From the NCBI GenBank assembly GCA_050250895.1, contig JBFWNU010000003.1:170986-234985 (forward strand): a DNA stretch of 64,000 nucleotides, read 5' to 3'. The notes under the pieces were generated by a model that was given only the letters and a program-made list of their open reading frames with translations, made no database searches and was not told where the DNA came from. The DNA comes from Vulcanimicrobiota bacterium. GTDB taxonomy: Bacteria > Vulcanimicrobiota > Xenobia > Xenobiales > JADMJV01. Each line of letters starts with the position of its first letter. Position 1 is the stretch's first letter. Of this stretch, positions 57,100 to 64,000 are shown piece after piece. A program made the position numbers and the translations under genes.

Positions 57100-59960
57100 A
57101 GGCCGACTTCGGCGCGAGCCGCCAAGCTTAGACTGACTTCCAGGCTGGAAGTACTCGCTCGCCGCGGCGGACCGAAGGCTCAGCAGGTGTCGCCCAGCGC
57201 CGCGAGGGCTGGCAAAGCAGGCTGCAGTCGGCCGATGCCTCCGTTGCGTGCCGAGACTCCAGGCGGCGCCCCGCTTGGACTGACTTCCAGCTGGAAGTAG
57301 CCGCTCGCTCGCCGCGGCGGACCGAGGCTCGGCAGGTGTCGCCCAACGCCGTGAGGCTGTCTGGCAGAGCAGGCTGCATCCCGACTTCGGCGCGAGCCGC
57401 CAAGCTTAGACTGACTTCCAGCTGGAAGTAGCCGTCGCCGCCGGCGGACCGAGGCTCAGCAGGTGTCGCCCAGCGCCGTGCGGGCTGGCAAAGCAGGCTG
57501 CATCCCGACTTCGGCGCGAGCCGCCAAGCTTAGATTGACTTCCAGCTGGAAGTACTCGCTCGCCGCGGCGGACCGAGGCTCGGCAGGTGTCGCCCAGCGC
57601 CGTGAGGGCTGGCAAAGCTGGCTGCAGTCGGCCGATGCTTCCGTCGCGAGCCGCCAGCCGCTCGCCGCCGCGGCGGACCGAGGCTCGGCAGGTGTCGCCC
57701 AACGCCGTGAGGCTGTCTCGCAAAGCTGGCTGCAGTCGGCCGATGCCTCCGTTGCGTGCCGAGACTCCAGGCGGCGCCAAGCTTAGATTGACTTCCAGCT
57801 GGAAGTAGCCGCTCGCCGCCGGCGGACCAGGGCTCGGCAGGTGTCGCCCCGCGCCGTGACGGATGGCATCTCGACTTCGGCGCGAGCCGCCAAGCTTAGA
57901 CTGACTTCCAGCTGGAAGTAGCCGCTCGCTCGCCGCGGCGGACCGAGGCTCGGCAGGTGTCGCCCAACGCCGTGAGGCTGTCTGGCAGAGCAGGCTGCAT
58001 CCCGACTTCGGCGCGAGCCGCCAGCTTAGACTGATTTCCAGCTGGAAGTACTCGCTCGCCGCGGCAGACCAAGGCTCAGCAGGTGTCGCTCTGCGCCGTG
58101 CGGGCTGGCAGAGCAGTTCTGCATCCCGACTTCGGCGCGAGCCGCCAAGCTTAGATTGACTTCCAGCTGGAAGTAGCCGCTCGCCGCTGGCGGACCAGGG
58201 CTCAGCAGGTGTCGCTCAGCGCCGTCTGTCTGGCAAAGCTGGCTGCAGTCGGCCGATGCTTCCGTCGCGAGCCGCCAAGCTTAGACTGACTTCCAGCTGG
58301 AAGTAGCCGCTCGCCGCCGCGGCGGACCAGGGCTCAGCAGGTGTCGCCCAGCGCCGTGAGGGCTGGCAAAGCTGGTTGCAGTCGGCCGATGCTTCCGTCG
58401 CGAGCCGCCAGCCGCTCGCCGCCGCGGCGGACCGAGGCTCGGCAGGTGTCGCCCAACGCCGTGAGGCTGTCTCGCAAAGCTGGCTGCAGTCGGCCGATGC
58501 CTCCGTTGCGTGCCGAGACTCCAGGCGGCGCCAAGCTTAGATTGACTTCCAGCTGGAAGTAGCCGCTCGCCGCCGGCGGACCAGGGCTCGGCAGGTGTCG
58601 CCCCGCGCCGTGACGGATGGCATCTCGACTTCGGCGCGAGCCGCCAAGCTTAGATTGACTTCCAGCTGGAAGTACTCGCTCGCCGCGGCGGACCGAGGCT
58701 CGGCAGGTGTCGCCCAACGCCGTGAGGGCTGGCAAAGCTGGCTGCAGTCGGCCGATGCTTCCGTCGCGAGCCGCGAGATGCCAAGCCCCGCCCGCTTAGA
58801 CTGACTTCCAGCTGGAAGTAGCCGCTCGCCGCCGGCGGACCAGGGCTCAGCAGGTGTCGCCCAGCGCCGTGAGGGCTGGCATCCCGACTTCGGCGCGAGC
58901 CGCCAAGCTTAGACTGACTTCCAGGCTGGAAGTACTCGCTCGCCGCGGCGGACCGAAGGCTCAGCAGGTGTCGCCCAGCGCCGCGAGGGCTGGCAAAGCA
59001 GGCTGCAGTCGGCCGATGCCTCCGTTGCGTGCCGAGACTCCAGGCGGCGCCCCGCTTGGACTGACTTCCAGCTGGAAGTAGCCGCTCGCTCGCCGCGGCG
59101 GACCGAGGCTCGGCAGGTGTCGCCCAACGCCGTGAGGCTGTCTGGCAGAGCAGGCTGCATCCCGACTTCGGCGCGAGCCGCCAAGCTTAGACTGACTTCC
59201 AGCTGGAAGTAGCCGTCGCCGCCGGCGGACCGAGGCTCAGCAGGTGTCGCCCAGCGCCGTGCGGGCTGGCAAAGCAGGCTGCAGTCGGCCGATGCCTCCG
59301 TTGCGTGCCGCGAGATGCCAAGCCCCGCCCGCTTAGATTGACTTCCAGCTGGAAATACTCGCTCGCCGCGGCGGTCCGAGGCTCAGCAGGTGTCGCCCAG
59401 CGCCGTGCGGGCTGGCAAAGCTGGCTGCAGTCGGCCGATGCTTCCGTCGCGAGCCGCGAAATGCCAAGCCCCGCCCGCTTAGACTGACTTCCAGCTGGAA
59501 GTAGCCGCTCGCCGCCGGCGGACCAGCGCTCGGCAGGTGTCGCCCAGCGCCGTGAGGGCTGGCAGAGCAGGCTGCATCCCGACTTCGGCGCGAGCCGCCA
59601 AGCTTAGACTGACTTCCAGCTGGAAGTAGCCGTCGCCGCCGGCGGACCGAGGCTCAGCAGGTGTCGCCCAGCGCCGTGCGGGCTGGCAAAGCAGGCTGCA
59701 TCCCGACTTCGGCGCGAGCCGCCAAGCTTAGATTGACTTCCAGCTGGAAGTACTCGCTCGCCGCGGCGGACCGAGGCTCGGCAGGTGTCGCCCAGCGCCG
59801 TGAGGGCTGGCAAAGCTGGCTGCAGTCGGCCGATGCTTCCGTCGCGAGCCGCCAGCCGCTCGCCGCCGCGGCGGACCGAGGCTCGGCAGGTGTCGCCCAA
59901 CGCCGTGAGGCTGTCTGGCAAAGCAGGCTGCAGTCGGCCGATGCTTCCGTTGCGGGCCGC
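57100..59960. repeat. 2.86-kb tandem array of about 23 GC-rich units (~110-155 bp) with higher-order repeats
   Basis: The unit is AAGCTTAGA(C/T)TGACTTCCAGCTGGAAGTAGCCGCTCGCCGC(C)GGCGGACCGAGGCTCGGCAGGTGTCGCCCAGCGCCGTGAGGGCTGGCAAAGCTGGCTGCAGTCGGCCGATGCTTCCGTCGCGAGCCGCC. Some units lack the ACTTCCAGCTGGAAGT palindrome. Blocks 57100-57420 and 58890-59220 are near-identical. Confidence 0.9.
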
Positions 59961-59976
59961 GAGATGCCGGTTCAAA

Positions 59977-60002
59977 TGTTTTGGTATCCTAACATTTGCA
60001 AG
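59977..60002. other. low-GC inverted repeat CAAATGTT-n10-AACATTTG at the array boundary
   Basis: Direct reading. Confidence 0.5.
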
Positions 60003-60179
60003 GTGGAGGCGTTGACTTCGAAGACCCGCCTGCCTGAACCAGGGCCCCCGGTCCTCAATAAGCGCTCTCTGGCATCCCCGCGCCAAATAGACTTGGAGAG
60101 TCATTTTCTACCCGAAACCCCTCCTCGTAGCCGTCTGTGAGTTGCGCCTCAAAGCCTGTAACCAAGCTGTTTTTCTGCG

Positions 60180-60208
60180 TTGATCCGGGTGGTCTTCTTG
60201 AGTAAAAT
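60180..60208 (+). promoter_or_regulatory. sigma70-like promoter (TTGATC-17-TAAAAT) upstream of HNH paralog 3
   Basis: Near-consensus -35 and -10 hexamers with 17-nt spacing in an AT-rich patch; GGAGG RBS 5 nt before the ATG at 60248. Confidence 0.45.
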
Positions 60209-60247
60209 AGGATCATCCCTTGATTCTTCTTCTACTCGGAGGTCGGC

Positions 60248-61459
60248 ATGTCTTCAACTTTATCGGCACTTTCCCAGTCATTGCAACAACTTACTCACCA
60301 GGAACTACACCAGAGAAACTGCCAGACCAGCAAACGCTCCTTTGGCTGCGAATGGGACCTGGCCGCTCACCTGTTGGCCACCGAACGCAACGGGCTCTAT
60401 CGACACATGGGCAGCGGCAGTGTGGTCGGCTACGCTGTGACCCACCTGAAGTTGCATCCTCAAAAGGCCGGCGAACTTCTGAGTTTAGCCAGGGTCTTCG
60501 AGCAACTCCCATTGATCTCGGAAGCCTTTCGCGAGGGGAAGCTCTGCTGGAGCAAGGCCCGTGCTCTTAAGCGGATCACCACCCCCGAGAACGAGGCCGA
60601 GATGCTCGAGTTTGCCTTGAACAACAAGGCCCAGGCAGTCGAGCGCGCCGTGGCTCTGACTCCCACCCAGCATAAGCGTGGCCAGGCTTTGAAAGCGTCG
60701 CTCGAGGCTCGCCAGAGTCAGCCCGAACTCACCCAGGTCGAGCAACCCACAAAATCCGAGTCGGTGGCTTTACCGACCCCGGTTCCCGCGGTGCCCAAGT
60801 TGAGACAGGTCGTCTTGCTGATGACCCCCGAGCAGTATGCCGTCTACGAGCAAGCAAAGAGAATGGTCGAGGCCCGCCAGGGTAAGCGCGTCAGTAGAGA
60901 GACGGCGGTGACCGAGATGAGCAGGGCTTTACTCGGGTCGGCAGACAACCGCAGCAAAGTGCGACATCAGGTCATCGTGCACGTGAACGGTGAGACGGGC
61001 GAAGGCTTCTATGATACCGACCGGGGACTGTTGCCGGCCGAGGCCGAGGCCGTTGACGAGGCAATGAAGCAAACCGGCATCGTGGTGGCTTGTTCCCACA
61101 ACACACTTCCAGCTGGAAGTAGCCGGTCGAAACTTCCGGCTGAAACTAGCCAGGCCGAACAGCTACCGCTACTGCCGAGTCAGCCCAAGGCCAGACCGGG
61201 TCTGCCGGTGGGGTTGGTGCGAGCGGTTTACGCCCGCGCTTTCGGTTGCTGTGAGCGATGCTCGTGCAGAGGCGGGAATTTGGTGATACACCACGTTCGT
61301 GCCTGGTCCGAAACCAGGCGACATCGGCTGGAAGACTTAGAGCTGCTATGTCCAAGTTGTCACGCCAGCGAGCACGAAGAAGACTTTGCGACTCGCACCG
61401 AGTGGAAAGCCGCCCGAGACGCCTCCGTTCGCCAACGCACCAGGTCACGCTCGCGGTGA
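60248..61459 (+). CDS. DUF222/HNH endonuclease family protein, paralog 3
   Basis: N-terminus paralogous to HNH paralog 2. HNH motif CERCSCRGGNLVIHHVRAWSETRRHRLEDLELLCPSCH. It contains an in-frame copy of the array palindrome (61105-61120 ACTTCCAGCTGGAAGT, plus a degenerate second copy 61132-61147). Confidence 0.8.
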   Translation: MSSTLSALSQSLQQLTHQELHQRNCQTSKRSFGCEWDLAAHLLATERNGLYRHMGSGSVVGYAVTHLKLHPQKAGELLSLARVFEQLPLISEAFREGKLCWSKARALKRITTPENEAEMLEFALNNKAQAVERAVALTPTQHKRGQALKASLEARQSQPELTQVEQPTKSESVALPTPVPAVPKLRQVVLLMTPEQYAVYEQAKRMVEARQGKRVSRETAVTEMSRALLGSADNRSKVRHQVIVHVNGETGEGFYDTDRGLLPAEAEAVDEAMKQTGIVVACSHNTLPAGSSRSKLPAETSQAEQLPLLPSQPKARPGLPVGLVRAVYARAFGCCERCSCRGGNLVIHHVRAWSETRRHRLEDLELLCPSCHASEHEEDFATRTEWKAARDASVRQRTRSRSR

Positions 61460-61496
61460 GCGAAGGACCTCGCACCGGCGCTTCGAAATCAGCAGG

Positions 61497-61913
61497 ATGC
61501 GACTTCAGGGGATACTGCTGATAGTGCTTGTGGCTGTGGGTTGCATGGGGAAGTCGCCGCCTCAGTTCTCGCACCAGCAGGTACGCGAGAATCTGGTAAC
61601 GCGGATAGCCCAGGTAAAGGGCCTGATGGACGAGACCCCCGCGCTTGAGGCGCGCTTAGAGGCTCTGAAGAAAGAGGTTCCAGCCGAGCGCCGACCGACC
61701 CCCGAGCAAGTCCAGGCTCAGGAGCCGGACGACTACGAGCGCCGCTTTGGCCTGGGATATCCCTACGAACTCGACTGGCATCTCTATTCGCCCGCAGAGC
61801 AGAAAGAGCTAAGGCAGCTGCAAACCGACCTCGACCGACTGGGTCAGGAGTCCGAGCGCTTTTTCCAACTCGAGGCCGAACTCAAAGTGTGGGAGCAGGC
61901 GAAGCAGCCGTGA
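61497..61913 (+). CDS. putative lipoprotein
   Basis: MRLQGILLIVLVAVGC is a lipobox-like signal; helical, Glu/Arg-rich mature part. Confidence 0.55.
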   Translation: MRLQGILLIVLVAVGCMGKSPPQFSHQQVRENLVTRIAQVKGLMDETPALEARLEALKKEVPAERRPTPEQVQAQEPDDYERRFGLGYPYELDWHLYSPAEQKELRQLQTDLDRLGQESERFFQLEAELKVWEQAKQP

Positions 61914-62386
61914 GAAAGCTGGTCGAGCTGCTGGCAGTCTTGTTAGTGGTCGCGGTCGTGGTGTCGAGCGGTCGACCAGAGCGAGAAGAAGAGTATGTCA
62001 TCCACTCGACCCCGTCGGTCAAAGTGATCGAGTTTCTGTCGGCCACTTATCCCGAGGTTCATTTCGCGCGGCACCCGAGCCGCCGGGGTCTGGTCGCCGT
62101 GGGTAGCCGTGAAGAGATCGCCAGGGTCCGCAGCACGCTTCACCAACTCGAGGTCCCCGAACCCCCGCCTCCCCCCGCCCGCGAGTTTCTGAGGGTGAAG
62201 CCCGGCGAGCTCGAGACGACGAGGGAGCGCCTCCAGGCCGCCGTTCCCACCCTGAAAGTGAGGGTCGAGCCCCGCCTGAATTGTCTACTCCTGGAGGGGG
62301 AACCGGCGGATGTCAGGCGGGCCAGAGAGCTGGTGGACCTGTCCGGCCGGCCTGTGGAGCCTTCGCGCAGCAGCGCCGCTGACTGA
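61889..62386 (+). CDS. small membrane-anchored protein with two secretin-N-like (short secretin/GspD N-domain-like) repeats
   Basis: GTG start overlapping the previous stop; TM helix LVELLAVLLVVAVVV. Two ~60-aa units end ...LVAVGSREEIARVRSTLHQLE and ...LNCLLLEGEPADVRRARELVDL, resembling the NsLiv.g....v..li..lD pattern. Confidence 0.45.
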   Translation: MGAGEAAVRKLVELLAVLLVVAVVVSSGRPEREEEYVIHSTPSVKVIEFLSATYPEVHFARHPSRRGLVAVGSREEIARVRSTLHQLEVPEPPPPPAREFLRVKPGELETTRERLQAAVPTLKVRVEPRLNCLLLEGEPADVRRARELVDLSGRPVEPSRSSAAD

Positions 62387-62406
62387 GTGGCTGGCCGTGG
62401 AGGCGC

Positions 62407-64000
62407 ATGAAACGAGGAAGGCGAAGTGAAATCGGCGTGCCTGATTCACCGCCTCTGAGAATACTGGTAGTAGAAGACCACGAGCCTTCTCTCAAGGCTC
62501 TCCGGCTTTCGCTTGAAGACTGGGGACACACTGTGCTGGCCATGGCCGACGGTAGCGCGGCCCTGGCGGCCCTCGAGCAAGACGCGAGATTTCAGTTGAT
62601 GATCACCGATTGGCGACTGCCGGGCCTCGACGGGCTGACCCTGTGCCGTCGAGTTCGGCAGATTTCGGGCCACTATATCCACGTGATCGTGATGACCGCG
62701 CGCAATGAGCGCTCGGACCGGGTCACGGCTCTGCAGGCCGGCGCCGACGCTTTTCTGGATAAGCCCCTCGACATGCAAGAGCTGCGCTCGCAGTTATTGG
62801 TGGCCAGCCGGATCATCGACCTCGAGAACCGGCTCGGCCGCCAGGTGGAGGAATTACAGAAAGCCCACCGGGGGCTGACCGAGCAGAGCCAGATTAGCGA
62901 GACCCTGCGCAGCCTGGGCATCGAATTGGCCGCCGAGCTCGATCCAGACCGCCTGCTGCGCTCGGTGGTCGAGGCCGGACGTCGACTGACGAAAGCCGAA
63001 CTGGTGGCCTTTGCCTACAGCGACCCAGATGACCCGCGCATCGTGGTGACGGCTCGGCCGCGGCCGTGCGAGCCGGAAGAGCTGCTGACCTATTCGCCCC
63101 CCGGGGCTGAGGTGAGCTTGCGGGTGGAAGACTTGTGGTCCAAAGATGAGAAGGCCCCGCTGCGGTCGTTTCTCAGCATGCCGGTGATGGCGGGGGCGGG
63201 CGATAGTCTGGGCAGCCTCTATTTCGGCCACCGTGAGCCGGGCGGTTTTTCCAACCGCGAAGTGCAACTGGCTCAGGGATTGGCGGCCCAGGCGGCGGTG
63301 GCCCTGGACAACGCCCGTTTGCATCTGCGTTCCCAGGTGAACCAGCGTCGCCTGGAAGAGAAGAACCAGGAACTCTCCAGCCGTTACGAGCAGCTGAACC
63401 TGTTGCGCCGCGAGGCTCAGGCCATCCAGCGAAAGCTCGAGAAGGTGCTCTCGGGCATTCAAGAAGCCTTTGTATTGCTGGATTCGAACTGCCGCTACGT
63501 CTATTTCAACCAGCCAGCCGCCGAAATGGCCGGGGCCACCGACGAGGATTTGGTGGGGCGCAGCTTCTGGGAGATGTTTCCCGACCTGGTGGGCACCCAG
63601 CTCGACAAGGCTCTCACCACCGCCCGCGGGGATAGCGTGGTGCGCTTGGATGAGTATTATGCCAGTCGTGGACGCTGGTACGAGCATCGCGTGCATTCTT
63701 CTCGAGAGGGCTTGCTGTCAGTGTTTACCGCCGATATCACGGAAACGCGCAGGGCCGAATTGGCGGCTCGCAAGGCCGAACTCTGGCTGCAAGCGATCTT
63801 CGACCAATCGTCGGGCTTTTTCGCGATTCTTAGTCCCGACGGCCGGGTGCTGGTGGTCAATCAGGCTTCGCTGGATGTGGCCGGACTCGAGCGCGAAGAG
63901 GTGGTCGATCGGCCGGCCTGGGAGACCTGCTGGTGGGATGACCCCGCAGATCGCCAGGAGCTGCGCCGAGAGATCGCCGAGGCCGCCCAGGGCCAGGGGG
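62407..64000 (+). CDS. response-regulator receiver / GAF / PAS multidomain sensor protein (3'-partial, runs off the window)
   Basis: GGAGG RBS. REC domain (RILVVEDHEPSLKAL...LMITDWRLPGLDG...VIVMTA), then a GAF-like region (FGHREPGGFSNREVQLAQGLAAQAAVALDNARL), then PAS-like segments (VLLDSNCRYVYFNQPAAEMAG...). Confidence 0.7.
   Translation, partial: MKRGRRSEIGVPDSPPLRILVVEDHEPSLKALRLSLEDWGHTVLAMADGSAALAALEQDARFQLMITDWRLPGLDGLTLCRRVRQISGHYIHVIVMTARNERSDRVTALQAGADAFLDKPLDMQELRSQLLVASRIIDLENRLGRQVEELQKAHRGLTEQSQISETLRSLGIELAAELDPDRLLRSVVEAGRRLTKAELVAFAYSDPDDPRIVVTARPRPCEPEELLTYSPPGAEVSLRVEDLWSKDEKAPLRSFLSMPVMAGAGDSLGSLYFGHREPGGFSNREVQLAQGLAAQAAVALDNARLHLRSQVNQRRLEEKNQELSSRYEQLNLLRREAQAIQRKLEKVLSGIQEAFVLLDSNCRYVYFNQPAAEMAGATDEDLVGRSFWEMFPDLVGTQLDKALTTARGDSVVRLDEYYASRGRWYEHRVHSSREGLLSVFTADITETRRAELAARKAELWLQAIFDQSSGFFAILSPDGRVLVVNQASLDVAGLEREEVVDRPAWETCWWDDPADRQELRREIAEAAQGQG

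Noticed and set aside
57100-59960. CRISPR array
   Set aside because: Repeat units are ~125 bp and nearly identical across their full length. There are no unique spacer-sized segments and no cas genes nearby.
56986-60140. Many 60-170-aa ORFs on both strands inside the tandem array (for example 57128..57403 and 58909..59184, identical)
   Set aside because: They merely reflect the repeated DNA. They occur in all frames on both strands with variable unit length, which is not plausible for coding.
1-64000. tRNA / rRNA genes
   Set aside because: No GGTTCGAnTCC-type T-arm with a matching acceptor stem, and no rRNA-like conserved blocks, were recognised. This was a visual scan only, so tRNAscan-SE or Infernal should confirm it.

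Overview
This 64-kb window is high-GC bacterial chromosomal DNA, roughly 65-67% GC, coding densely on both strands. Type IV prepilin N-termini, cydAB and two-component systems mark it as bacterial; no rRNA, tRNA or CRISPR was recognised.

Core genes: an SPFH/stomatin gene, cydA and cydB, an EVE-domain gene, a fused MFS/spermidine-synthase gene, a LuxR-type response regulator with a GAF histidine kinase, an MFS exporter, a QueA-like gene, SDR, SGNH hydrolase, arylamine N-acetyltransferase and DUF924 genes, hmgA, and a CHAT-TPR protease.

Accessory or unusual content, in order:
- A 1415-aa protein built from four repeats of a MAM/choice-of-anchor-J-like beta-sandwich plus a helical 'LWPLV' module.
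- An orphan Rhs C-terminal toxin tip with a candidate immunity gene, lying with a DUF222/HNH gene between two diverged ~200-bp repeats.
- Two further DUF222/HNH paralogs elsewhere in the window.
- An anthrax-LF-like (ATLF) HExxH metalloprotease with an overlapping small acidic ORF.
- An exact 5,734-bp tandem duplication carrying a redoxin, an ATP-grasp ligase, an esterase and a minus-strand minor-pilin/PilX-like operon.
- A SEC-C protein with a RelE/ParE-like C-terminus.
- A 2.86-kb tandem array of about 23 GC-rich units of ~125 bp. Its palindromic core, ACTTCCrGCyGGAAGT, also sits at several gene ends and in-frame inside one HNH gene.

The window ends in a partial REC-GAF-PAS sensor gene.
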